NCBI GenBank assembly: GCA_043808285.1
Contig: JAZDFA010000007.1
Coordinates: forward strand, 29,100 to 93,099
Origin: an archaeon
GTDB lineage: Archaea; Nanobdellota; Nanobdellia; Pacearchaeales; DTIR01
DNA: 64,000 nucleotides
Reading direction: 5' to 3'
In this document: piece after piece, positions 38,816 through 48,439 of the stretch
Layout of the letters: each line of letters begins with the position of its first letter
How positions within the stretch are numbered: position 1 is the first letter of the stretch
Program-made: the position numbers and the translations under genes
The notes under the pieces: model-generated
What the model saw: only the letters and a program-made list of their open reading frames with translations
The model's database searches: none
What the model was told of the DNA's origin: nothing

Positions 38816-41275
38816 ATGGACATTGCAGCAATAGAGAAAAAATGGCAGGAAGAATGGGATAACTCGCATGTATTTGAAAGTGAAGCAGGAGGGGGGCAAA
38901 AATATTATGTATTGGAGATGTTTCCATATCCTTCTGCATCAGGATTGCACATGGGCCATGCATTCAATTATACAATCGGAGATGTATATGGGAGATTGAA
39001 AAGAATGCAGGGATATAATGTCCTCTACCCTATGGGCTATGATTCGCTGGGGCTGCCTGCAGAGATTGCTGCAATAAACAAGGGTATTAATCCTAAAGAG
39101 TATACTGATGAAGCAATTTCAAATTTCATAAGGCAGCAGAAGGCACTGGGGTTAAGCTATGACTGGAGAAGGGAAGTAAGAACGCATAATCCAGATTATT
39201 ACAAATGGGACCAATGGATTTTTCTTAAGATGTTTGAAGGGGGAATAGCCTATAGGAAAAATTCTGCAGTAAACTTTTGCCCGCTATGCAATTCAGTTCT
39301 TGCAAATGAGCAAGTGCATGATGGAAAATGCTGGAGGCATAAAGAAAAAGTTGAGATAAGGCAGCTTGAGCAGTGGTTCTTCAAGATTACAGATTATGCA
39401 GATGAATTATATGAATCAATAAATGAATTGAAAGAATGGCCCGCAGACATAAAAGCGATGCAAAAAAACTGGATTGGAAAAAGCTGGGGAACCGAGATAC
39501 TTTTTGAGATAAATGGAAAGAAATGGCCAATATTCACAACAAGACCTGACACAGTTTATGGCGTAACATTCATGGTTGTTTCTGCGCAGCATCCAAAGTT
39601 AATGGAATTGGTTACAAAAGAGCATGAAGGAGAGGTTAATGAATTCTTAAAAAAAATAAAATCAACAAGTGAAAAAGACTATGAAGAATTGGAAAAAGAG
39701 GGCGCATTCACCGGAAGCTATGCAATAAATCCTAGCACTAATGAAAAAATCCCAATTTATGCAGGGAATTTTGTATTGGCAGATTATGGAAGCGGGATAG
39801 TAATGGCTGTTCCGGCGCATGACCAAAGAGACTTTGAATTTGCAAAGAAATATGGAATCAGGATAAAATTAGTCATACAACCAAAAAATCAAAGAATCGA
39901 AGCCGAAAAAATGGAGGAGGCATTCAGCGAAGAAGGATTCCTTGTAAATTCAGAGATGTTTAATGGAATGGAAAGCGCAAATGCAAAAGAAGCAATAACA
40001 ACTCATCTTCAAAAATTGGGCTTTGGAAAAAAGACAATACAATACAAGCTAAGAGATTGGCTTGTTTCAAGGCAAAGATACTGGGGAACACCCATCCCGA
40101 TAATATATTGCGATAAATGCGGGGCTGTGCCAGTGCCAGACAAAGACCTTCCTGTAATTCTTCCTGACAAAGTCGAGTTTGGAAAAGGGAATCCTCTTGA
40201 AACAAATTCATCTTTTGTAAATGTAAAATGCCCCAAGTGCAATGCAAATGCAAAAAGGGAAACTGATACAATGGATACTTTCGTAAATTCATCATGGTAT
40301 TTCTTAAGGTATTGCGATGCAAAAAATGAAAAAGAAATTTTTGGCAAGGACAAGGCAAAATATTGGATGCCAATTGACTGCTACATTGGAGGAAAAGAGC
40401 ATGCTTGCATGCACCTGATTTATTTCAGGTTTTATACAAAGTTCTTAAGAGACATTGGAGTTATTGATTTTAATGAGCCTGCTGTAAAATTGTTTAACCA
40501 AGGGATGGTTCATGGTGTTGACGGATCAGTGATGTCAAAATCAAGAGGCAATGTTATCGACCCTCTTGAAATGATAAGCAGATATGGCGCAGATACGCTA
40601 AGATTTTATCTTGTTTGCAATGCATCTGCAGACAAGGATTTCTTGTGGGGAGAGGAAAGCATTGAAGGCAGCTTTAGATTTGTAAAAAAAGTAATAGACT
40701 ATTTTGAAAAAGTAAAGTTTGGAAAATCCGGCCCAAGGGTGGAGAGCAAATTCAACCAGGCGATAAAGGATATAACTGCAGATGTTGAAAGCTTTAGATA
40801 CAATCTTGCAATAATAAAGATAAGAACATTTTTTGATTATCTTGGGGAAGAAGAAAACAGGATGGTTGTTGAGGGATTCCTCAAAATTCTTTCAATATTC
40901 TGCCCGCATATCTGCGAGGAGTTATGGCATGCACTTGGAAACAAGAATTTCATAAGTTTGCAAGAATGGCCAGCCAGCGATGAAAGCAAGATAAATCCAG
41001 AGATAGAAAAAAGAGAGCAGGAAATTTCAAAGACAATTGAGGACATAAGAAACATAGTCAAAATAATGAAGGAAAAGCAAGGCAAGGAGGCAAATACTGC
41101 TTATCTTTATATCATTCCCAAAGAGATTAGTAATTACAATGAGTCTATCCTAGACATGAAAAGGGTGCTAAATATAGAAATTAAAGCTTTTGCAAACAAT
41201 GATCCTTCAAAGCATGACCCTGCAAGTAAAGCAGGGAAGGCTAAACCGGGTAAGCCTGCGATATATATTGAGTAA
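38816..41275 (+). CDS. leuS: Leucine--tRNA ligase, bacterial type
   Basis: LEMFPYPS..LHMGH; FTTRPDT; SRQRYWGTPIP; VMSKS. Confidence 0.96.
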   Translation: MDIAAIEKKWQEEWDNSHVFESEAGGGQKYYVLEMFPYPSASGLHMGHAFNYTIGDVYGRLKRMQGYNVLYPMGYDSLGLPAEIAAINKGINPKEYTDEAISNFIRQQKALGLSYDWRREVRTHNPDYYKWDQWIFLKMFEGGIAYRKNSAVNFCPLCNSVLANEQVHDGKCWRHKEKVEIRQLEQWFFKITDYADELYESINELKEWPADIKAMQKNWIGKSWGTEILFEINGKKWPIFTTRPDTVYGVTFMVVSAQHPKLMELVTKEHEGEVNEFLKKIKSTSEKDYEELEKEGAFTGSYAINPSTNEKIPIYAGNFVLADYGSGIVMAVPAHDQRDFEFAKKYGIRIKLVIQPKNQRIEAEKMEEAFSEEGFLVNSEMFNGMESANAKEAITTHLQKLGFGKKTIQYKLRDWLVSRQRYWGTPIPIIYCDKCGAVPVPDKDLPVILPDKVEFGKGNPLETNSSFVNVKCPKCNANAKRETDTMDTFVNSSWYFLRYCDAKNEKEIFGKDKAKYWMPIDCYIGGKEHACMHLIYFRFYTKFLRDIGVIDFNEPAVKLFNQGMVHGVDGSVMSKSRGNVIDPLEMISRYGADTLRFYLVCNASADKDFLWGEESIEGSFRFVKKVIDYFEKVKFGKSGPRVESKFNQAIKDITADVESFRYNLAIIKIRTFFDYLGEEENRMVVEGFLKILSIFCPHICEELWHALGNKNFISLQEWPASDESKINPEIEKREQEISKTIEDIRNIVKIMKEKQGKEANTAYLYIIPKEISNYNESILDMKRVLNIEIKAFANNDPSKHDPASKAGKAKPGKPAIYIE

Positions 41276-41294
41276 ATTTAAAAAAGAGCAAAAA

Positions 41295-43619
41295 ATGTAC
41301 AAAAGAAGAATTTTAGCAATAATTGCAGTGATTTTTATTTTAAATTTCTTCCAAGCTGTTTCTGCAAGCACATATTATATTTCCCAAAGCGGGAATGACA
41401 GTAATGATGGGCTCACAGAAACTACTCCTTGGGGGACGATGAATAAGATAATCACTACAACATTTGAGCCAGGAGATGTAATAAAATTCAAGACAGATGA
41501 GACCTGGCAGGAATATCTCAATTTCGAATCTTCTGGCACAGAAGCAAACCCGATCAAAATAACTTCCTATGGTGGGGGGGCAAAACCAATTATCGTGGGA
41601 GGAATAAGATTTTATGCTTTCCCTCAAATGCATGATGTTATTGTTGATGGTTTTGAATTGGATGGCACTGCTATAAGAGATCCTCTAGGGCTTGAAGCGG
41701 CATACCGCATAACTATCTGGAATAATATTCTTGATGCCAAAAATTTTGCAGGAAGAAGCGGGGTAGTGATTGGCTCGAAAGAGGAGAGTATCTCGAATGA
41801 TAATCTTATTGCAGATAATATGATAATTAATTGCGGCAATGACAGCAGCCCTTATGGAGTTGGTGTACAGATTACCGGAGGCTCATCTTATAACACTGTG
41901 GTAAACAACACAATATTAAACTGTGTTGAAGTGGGCCTGCAAACATATTCTACAGTTGGTGCAGCCCCCTGCAGAAATAATTTTTTTATAGGAAACAAGA
42001 TAAAAACAGACTGGACAGACAAAAGTAGCTGCATAAATTTTGGATGGATGTCTGAGAATAATATTGCAGAGCATAATTATTGCGAGAACACTCATCATGG
42101 TATAGACATAGATTCTGCAATTTCTGCGGTAAATATCTATCGAAATAATATAGTATACAATTCTATGGAGCTTGCAGTAATAATGGCAAATAGCTATGGC
42201 AACTCTGGCTATTCAATAATTGAAAATAACACATTCATAGCAGGACCTGCAACAGTAAAGGGAGTGTGGTATGTTAATTATTCCAGTTATACAGGCATGG
42301 GCCACATCTTTAGAAACAATATTGTTACTGCAATACAGTCATGGTGGCCAGTATTGATCATTGGAGAAGGGATGCAAGTGCAAAGCGATTACAATTTGTT
42401 CTGGGGCCCAGTTGCTTTAAGGATAGAATATAATGGAAAAGCGTACAGCTCATTAAGTGAATACCAAAATGCCTCAAATAAAGATATACACTCTGTTTTT
42501 TCAGACCCTATGATTACTGATATTGCGAATTCGAATTTTACGCCGCAATACAACAGCCCAGCCTGCATCGCATCTGACTATGCAAAATATAAAGGAGCAT
42601 TACAATGTTCATATAACAGTGTAATTCCAATTCAGAAAAAAACATGCAGCGAAATGGGAGGTGCATGTTTTTCTTCATGCAGCAGCCATAATAACTGCAG
42701 CAGTGCAGATTATACCTGCAATAGCGGAATCTGCTGCATGGGGGCGTGTTCTGCAATAATCTGCATTGATGCAGATGGTGATAAATATAATGCAAGTGCA
42801 CCAGGATGTGGGATAGCTGACTGCAATGAAACAAATGCAGAGATAAACCCTTCAAAAGAGGATATTTGCAACAGCAATCTTGATGAAGACTGTGATGGAG
42901 AGGACAAAAGATGCAAGATAATTTACAATATTGGACCTATCAAAGAGAGTGAAAAGATTTCAAAACAGATTGGAATAAACGAAACAATTGAGTTTGAAGT
43001 AGAAACATTGCAATACAGCATAAAGCTTCTTGAAATAACTGCTGATGAAATAAAGATAGAGATAAGGGCAAGGAAAATAACCAGCATTACTGGAAATATA
43101 ATCTCAATTATTACTGGGCAGGCATATGGAGAATATGGAGATTATGGAGAAGAGGAAGTGTACCTGATTGTTTCGCTTAGAAGAGGGGAATCCCGCTCTT
43201 TTGATATGAATAAAGATGGAATTTATGAAGTGAGGATAAATGCCAATACAATAGCAGAAAATACAGCCAGTATTGAAGTAGAAAGAATAAATGAAAGGGT
43301 AGAGATACCCCCAGTAACAGATTTAGAACAGCAGCAGCCTCTGTCTCAACAAACTGGGAAAGAGATTATTTGCGGGGATTCAAAATGCAGCAGCGGTGAA
43401 ACTGCCTCCAATTGCTGCATTGACTGCGGCTGCGCAATGGGAGAAGAATGCAAAAGCAATCAATGCGTTGTAACTCAAAAAGCGACTGCCACCCAGATAA
43501 ACAACTTGATGATTGCATCATTAGCTTCACTCCTGTTCATAGGAGTAATAATCTACATAGTCTATTCAAAAATGCAAAAAGACCGGGAAGAAATTGAAGG
43601 AATGCTTGAAAAGTATTAA
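41295..43619 (+). CDS. Membrane-anchored surface protein with right-handed beta-helix (pectin lyase-like) and Cys-rich modules
   Basis: Signal peptide; TYYISQSGNDSNDG..PW; NN-ladder repeats; DADGD..DCNETNAEINP..DEDCDG motif; C-terminal TM. Confidence 0.85.
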   Translation: MYKRRILAIIAVIFILNFFQAVSASTYYISQSGNDSNDGLTETTPWGTMNKIITTTFEPGDVIKFKTDETWQEYLNFESSGTEANPIKITSYGGGAKPIIVGGIRFYAFPQMHDVIVDGFELDGTAIRDPLGLEAAYRITIWNNILDAKNFAGRSGVVIGSKEESISNDNLIADNMIINCGNDSSPYGVGVQITGGSSYNTVVNNTILNCVEVGLQTYSTVGAAPCRNNFFIGNKIKTDWTDKSSCINFGWMSENNIAEHNYCENTHHGIDIDSAISAVNIYRNNIVYNSMELAVIMANSYGNSGYSIIENNTFIAGPATVKGVWYVNYSSYTGMGHIFRNNIVTAIQSWWPVLIIGEGMQVQSDYNLFWGPVALRIEYNGKAYSSLSEYQNASNKDIHSVFSDPMITDIANSNFTPQYNSPACIASDYAKYKGALQCSYNSVIPIQKKTCSEMGGACFSSCSSHNNCSSADYTCNSGICCMGACSAIICIDADGDKYNASAPGCGIADCNETNAEINPSKEDICNSNLDEDCDGEDKRCKIIYNIGPIKESEKISKQIGINETIEFEVETLQYSIKLLEITADEIKIEIRARKITSITGNIISIITGQAYGEYGDYGEEEVYLIVSLRRGESRSFDMNKDGIYEVRINANTIAENTASIEVERINERVEIPPVTDLEQQQPLSQQTGKEIICGDSKCSSGETASNCCIDCGCAMGEECKSNQCVVTQKATATQINNLMIASLASLLFIGVIIYIVYSKMQKDREEIEGMLEKY

Positions 43620-43647
43620 ACTCTTCTTTTTTTAATTGATTATGAAT

Positions 43648-43820
43648 ATCAAAAAATTCCTTGAGTTTTACCACACCCTAAAGGGTGTGGTTTGCTTGGA
43701 ATTTTAGGATGCAAGGAAATTCTTTTGAATTTCCTGCGCAGAAAATCTAGTAAGATTTTCTTGTGTTCAAGAACACAACTACACACTAAAGTGTGTAGTT
43801 TGTGTCAAGTGTTCTTGACA
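43648..43820 (+). mobile_element. Modular hairpin element, copy 3 (A-B-C with two nested CTAAAG hairpins)
   Basis: Matches copies 1 and 6; nested palindromes at 43670-43691 and 43777-43800. Confidence 0.85.
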
Positions 43821-43838
43821 TCAAATTAAATTCTGCAA

Positions 43839-44005
43839 ATCATAAAGTTGTTGAGTTTTACTGCACACTAAAGTGTGCGCGTACAACTTCGCGAAAAGCA
43901 AAACTTTTCGGGACCCTGAAAAACAAGAATGTTTTTCTTGGTTAGGATTCTCAAGAACATACTACCATATACTTTAGTATGTGGTTTTTGTCAAGTGTTC
44001 TTGAA
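43839..44005 (+). mobile_element. Modular hairpin element, copy 4 (A'-B'-C)
   Basis: CGCGAAAAGC..CTTTTCGGG..CCTGAAAAAC..GTTTTTCTTG shared with copy 5; TCAAGAACA..TGTTCTTGA shared with copies 1-3. Confidence 0.8.
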
Positions 44006-44055
44006 ATCAATAAAGTTTATAAATTCCATATTCAAGCCACTAATAGGAGAAAATA

Positions 44056-44340
44056 GTGATTAAAATGGAAACAAAAATAGGAATGATTGCAGCAGTTTCT
44101 GAGGCACTTAGATACAAGAAGGAGAATCCTGCCGCATTGCACGAGGATATAATCCAGCATATATCAGATATTGCAGCAAAAGAAAGGGACATGTCAAAAA
44201 AGATAGGCATGATTGCTGCCGCATCAAGAGCGCTTACATATATTGACAAAAATCCTGCTGCCAATGAGAAAGAGATAATAAGGCATGTAATGAGTCAGAC
44301 TTCTGATATTGAAAGCAAGATAGACTTGGATGCTGAGTAA
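44056..44340 (+). CDS. Small protein with two tandem helical repeats
   Basis: KIGMIAAVSEALRYKKENPAA / KIGMIAAASRALTYIDKNPAA; SD AGGAG. Confidence 0.75.
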   Translation: MIKMETKIGMIAAVSEALRYKKENPAALHEDIIQHISDIAAKERDMSKKIGMIAAASRALTYIDKNPAANEKEIIRHVMSQTSDIESKIDLDAE

Positions 44341-44363
44341 AATTGTTCTGTGTAAAAAAATAA

Positions 44364-45269
44364 ATGGAGCCTACTGAATTTATCTGGTTCAATGGAAGTT
44401 TTGTTAAATGGAGAGATGCAAAAATTCATGTGTTAAGCCATTGCCTTCATTATGGCTCTGGAGCTTTTGAGGGAATAAGGTGCTATAAAACCCAGGGAGG
44501 CACTGCAATATTTCGGCTCAAAGATCATGTAAAGAGAATTCTTGATTCTTTCGCAATATTTGGAGTTGAAATAAAATATAGCGAAGAGCAGATATGCAAG
44601 GCAGTTATTGAAACTGTGAAAACAAACTGGCTTGAAGAGGGATACATCCGGCCAATATTATTTTTTGGATATGGAGAAATGGGACTAAAAAATCTTAACA
44701 AATGCGAGGTTAACTTAGTAATAGCCTGCTGGCCCGGGGGCTCATACCTAGGGGGAAAGGCTGTAAGTGCAAAGATAAGCTCAATAAGAAGGATAAGCCC
44801 TAAAAGTTTTTCAACATCTTCAAAGATTTGCGGGCATTATGTCAATAGCATTCTTGCATCAAAAGAAGCAAGTAAGGAAGGATATAATGAAACAATAATG
44901 CTTGATGACAGAGAAAAGGTTGCGGGGGGGCCTGGAGAGAATATATTCATAATAAAAAATGAAAAAATAAGAACTCCAAAACTGGGAAGCATTCTACCGG
45001 GGATAACAAGAGATAGCATAATGCAAATTGCAAAGGATTTGGGATATAATGTGCTAGAAAAAGGCATAACTCAAAAAGAGCTTTTTTCTGCAGATGAATG
45101 TTTTTTCAGTGGCACTGCTGCAGAGGTGACTGCGATAAAAAGGATAAACAAGAAGAAAATAGGAAAGGGAGAAGAAGGGCCAATCACTTCAAAAATAAAG
45201 CAGGTTTATCTTGATGCCGTAAGAGGAAAGATAAAGAAATATCAAAGCTGGCTCACTTATGCAAAATGA
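44364..45269 (+). CDS. ilvE: Branched-chain amino acid aminotransferase
   Basis: LHYGSGAFEGIRCY; KICGHYVNS; ILPGITRDS; GTAAEV. Confidence 0.95.
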   Translation: MEPTEFIWFNGSFVKWRDAKIHVLSHCLHYGSGAFEGIRCYKTQGGTAIFRLKDHVKRILDSFAIFGVEIKYSEEQICKAVIETVKTNWLEEGYIRPILFFGYGEMGLKNLNKCEVNLVIACWPGGSYLGGKAVSAKISSIRRISPKSFSTSSKICGHYVNSILASKEASKEGYNETIMLDDREKVAGGPGENIFIIKNEKIRTPKLGSILPGITRDSIMQIAKDLGYNVLEKGITQKELFSADECFFSGTAAEVTAIKRINKKKIGKGEEGPITSKIKQVYLDAVRGKIKKYQSWLTYAK

Positions 45270-45742
45270 TGCGGTCACAAAGAATTCTTATCACAATAAT
45301 CTGCATTATAATATTCACACTATTTTATGAGAATTTTTCTTTTTATGCACAGAAAGATTTTAAGAGGGAGAAGTCAATTGCAACAAATATAATTGATGGA
45401 GATACAATTGTTGTAAGTGGGGGAGAGAGAATAAGGCTTTTGGGAATAGACAGCCCAGAAAAAGGAGAGTTTTACTATAGTAATGCAAAGAAGAAACTTG
45501 AAGCGCTTATTGAGAACAAAGAGGTTGAACTTGAAAAAGGAGAGGGAGATGATAAAGACAAGTATGGGAGACTTTTGAGGTATATATTTCTTAATGGAAC
45601 AAATATTAATCTAAAACTTGTTGAAGGGGGATACGCAATATGCTATTTTTATGAGCCTAGTGTGTACAAAGAAAGTTGCAAGCAACTTGAAGAGAATGCC
45701 CTTACAAACAAGATTGGAAGATGGCAGAATGCAACTAACTAA
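45266..45742 (+). CDS. Membrane-anchored thermonuclease (SNase)
   Basis: IIDGDTI; IRLLGIDSPE; DKYGRLLRY; N-terminal TM. Confidence 0.92.
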   Translation: MMRSQRILITIICIIIFTLFYENFSFYAQKDFKREKSIATNIIDGDTIVVSGGERIRLLGIDSPEKGEFYYSNAKKKLEALIENKEVELEKGEGDDKDKYGRLLRYIFLNGTNINLKLVEGGYAICYFYEPSVYKESCKQLEENALTNKIGRWQNATN

Positions 45743-45815
45743 GATAATGTTTTACTATAGTTAAGATAAAAAGTTTAACAAGTTATTTAAAGATTCTAGG
45801 ACCTTTAAAAAAAAG

Positions 45816-47651
45816 ATGTGTGGAATAACTGCGTATGCTGGGGAGAGAAATGCAAAATCAATTCTTCTTGAGGGATTAAAAAAACTTGAATACAGGGGCT
45901 ATGATTCCTGTGGTATTGCTATAATCAAAGAAAGCCAATTGAATGTGATCAAGGCGGCAGGAAGAATAGAGGCTTTGGAAAAAAAGACAAAAAACATTCT
46001 TGACGGTGCAAAAATAGGAATAGCACATACGAGATGGGCAACTCATGGCATAGCGAATGAAAGAAATGCGCACCCCCATACAGATTGCAGCAATAAAATA
46101 GCAATAGTACACAACGGAATTATAGAAAACTATTCTGAATTGAAAACGATGTTAAAAACAGAAGGCCATAAATTCAGAAGTGAAACAGACACAGAGGTTC
46201 TTGCACACATGGTGGAAAAATTTCTGCTGGAAAATAATAGCCTGGAAGAGGCATTCATAAACACCATGAAGCTGACTGAAGGGGCATATGCAGTCGCAAT
46301 GATTTCCAGCCTAGAGCAGGATAAAATATTTGCAGCTAAAAAAAGCTCTCCATTAGTAATAGGCATAGGCAAAAAAGAAAATTTCATCGCTTCGGATGCT
46401 ACTGTAATGCTGCCCTACACTGACAAGGCAATATTCCTAAAGGACAATGAAATTGCAATAATAACTGCATTGGACTGCGAAGTAAAAAATTTAGAAAGAA
46501 AAAGCATGCATGCAGAGATAACCCAAATAAGGGGGCAATTGCAGGATATAAGCAAAAAGGGATTTGCTGATTTCATGCTTAAGGAAATAATTGAACAGCC
46601 CGCCTCTATAGAAAATGCGTTTAAAGGCAGGATAGACTTTAAAAATGCAACAGCGAAATTTGGAGGATTAAATATAGCTGAAGAGGATCTAAAAAAGATA
46701 AACAGAATCATATTGCTGGGATGCGGAACATCCTATCACGCATGCCTTTATGGCAAATATCTTTTTGAGAATGTAAATAAAATCCCTTCTGCAGCAGAAT
46801 ATGCCTCTGAATTTTGTTATTCAAAGCCATTTATTGACAGCCGCACTTTAATCATCTTGCTTTCACAATCTGGAGAAACAGCTGATGCAATCTCTGCATT
46901 GAAATATGCAAAAAGCATGAATGCAAAGACCCTGGGAATAGTGAATGTTGTAGGCTCAACAATCGCTAGGGAGGTTGATGGAGGCATCTATTTGCATGCT
47001 GGTCCAGAGATTGCAGTGGCATCAACAAAAACATTCACCTCCCATCTTGTTGTGCTTTATCTTTTCTCAGTTTATCTTGCAAGGCTAAACGTAAAAATAA
47101 GCAAGGAGGAAGCCAAAAAAATGCTTTCCTCACTGCAGGGGATTCCCTCAAGAGTGAAAAGAGTAATCAATTCCAGGGAATCCATTGAAAAAATTTCCCT
47201 AAAATATTTCAGATTAAACAATGCACTCTATCTTGCAAGGGGCTTTAATTACCCCATAGCGCTCGAAGGTGCGCTTAAGCTCAAGGAAATCAGCTATATA
47301 CATGCAGAAGCGATGACTGCTGCAGAAATGAAACATGGCCCAATCGCATTGATAGACAAAGATATGTTTAGCATTTTTATCGCGCCAAATGACCTGCTTT
47401 ATAAAAAAAATATCAGCAACATTTCCGAGATAAAAAGCAGAAATGGAAAAGTTATAGCAATAACCAATTTTGGCAATGAAAAAATAAAGAAAATTGTTGA
47501 TGATGCAATATTCATACCAAAAACAGATGAAAGGCTGATGCCAATTGTTTCTGTCATACCAACACAGCTCATTTCATATTATGCTGCATTGATGAGGGGA
47601 TGTGATGTGGACAAGCCAAGAAATCTTGCAAAGAGCGTTACAGTGGAATGA
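45816..47651 (+). CDS. glmS: Glutamine--fructose-6-phosphate transaminase (isomerizing)
   Basis: MCGI; EYRGYDS; HTRWATHG; SQSGET; PRNLAKSVTVE. Confidence 0.97.
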   Translation: MCGITAYAGERNAKSILLEGLKKLEYRGYDSCGIAIIKESQLNVIKAAGRIEALEKKTKNILDGAKIGIAHTRWATHGIANERNAHPHTDCSNKIAIVHNGIIENYSELKTMLKTEGHKFRSETDTEVLAHMVEKFLLENNSLEEAFINTMKLTEGAYAVAMISSLEQDKIFAAKKSSPLVIGIGKKENFIASDATVMLPYTDKAIFLKDNEIAIITALDCEVKNLERKSMHAEITQIRGQLQDISKKGFADFMLKEIIEQPASIENAFKGRIDFKNATAKFGGLNIAEEDLKKINRIILLGCGTSYHACLYGKYLFENVNKIPSAAEYASEFCYSKPFIDSRTLIILLSQSGETADAISALKYAKSMNAKTLGIVNVVGSTIAREVDGGIYLHAGPEIAVASTKTFTSHLVVLYLFSVYLARLNVKISKEEAKKMLSSLQGIPSRVKRVINSRESIEKISLKYFRLNNALYLARGFNYPIALEGALKLKEISYIHAEAMTAAEMKHGPIALIDKDMFSIFIAPNDLLYKKNISNISEIKSRNGKVIAITNFGNEKIKKIVDDAIFIPKTDERLMPIVSVIPTQLISYYAALMRGCDVDKPRNLAKSVTVE

Positions 47652-47759
47652 AAATCAAAAAGAACACTCTTCTTAGTGGTGTTTTATACACTTAATCCGG
47701 ATAAAATATTAAAAAAAAAATAAAAAAGCTCTTTTAGTGCTGTTTAAAGAATCAGAAAT

Positions 47760-47933
47760 TTAGTATTTCCTTTTCTTCATGAAGCAATCTTTGCAATAAA
47801 CAGGTTTTCCTTCAGTTGGCTTGAATGGTACTTCACATTCTTTGCCGCATTCGGAACAAACTGCTTTGTGCATTTCTCGGGGTCCAAAATCGCTTCTGAA
47901 ACCGCCGCCTCCGCCTCTATCGCCAAATCCCAT
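47760..47933 (-). CDS. CxxC-x17-CxxC zinc-ribbon protein
   Basis: PREMHKAVCSECGKECEVPFKPTEGKPVYCKDC; SD AGGAGG. Confidence 0.9.
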   Translation of the reverse strand: MGFGDRGGGGGFRSDFGPREMHKAVCSECGKECEVPFKPTEGKPVYCKDCFMKKRKY

Positions 47934-48049
47934 TTTGATATATTCCTCCTTACAAACAACACGCAAAGAAAACTTACTGATTTTCTCGTATGTCTCTAGA
48001 AACATATAATCTAAGAGATTTATAAACCTAAGTATTGGTGGTTTTTAAT

Positions 48050-48399
48050 CGGAAACAGAGGTATTTTGATGCATAGCCCGATCTAGAGAATAATTTCCAA
48101 TAACTGCCTTCAGCCTCTTTTTATGAGTGCCATTCTCAAACATTTTTGCCTCTTTTTCTGCAATACTCAATGATTTTTTCAGCCATCCTGCGGGGAGGGG
48201 GGGGGGACATATATGCTGTTTATGCTATGGCGCTTAAGATAGAGTGGGCTATTGCACGATTAAATCCTCTTCCAATTATTTTTCCATTTTTTACTGCTAT
48301 GCTTCCGTATCTTTCATGCCCCCCTTGATTGCATTGCGAGGCTTATGCAGATAGAATAGTATTTGTCTCCAATATGGGAATGTTATTTTTGTTTTTCAT
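48050..48399 (-). pseudogene. Disrupted cytidine/deoxycytidylate deaminase-family gene
   Basis: Fragments DKYYSICISLAMQS and RYGSIAVKNGKIIGRGFN in different frames; HAE/PCxxC not found; stops and a poly-C tract. Confidence 0.55.
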
Positions 48400-48439
48400 T
48401 TTTTTCCTTTTGATTGGGGAATAATTTTAGAAGAACTTA

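Noticed and set aside
41190-41294. Extension of the beta-helix ORF
   Set aside because: Overlaps leuS; signal peptide begins at 41295
43648-44005. Possible CRISPR array
   Set aside because: No regular repeat-spacer period and no cas genes; the repeats are dispersed palindromic modules
47934-48005. Extension of the zinc-ribbon ORF
   Set aside because: SD AGGAGG supports the ATG at 47933
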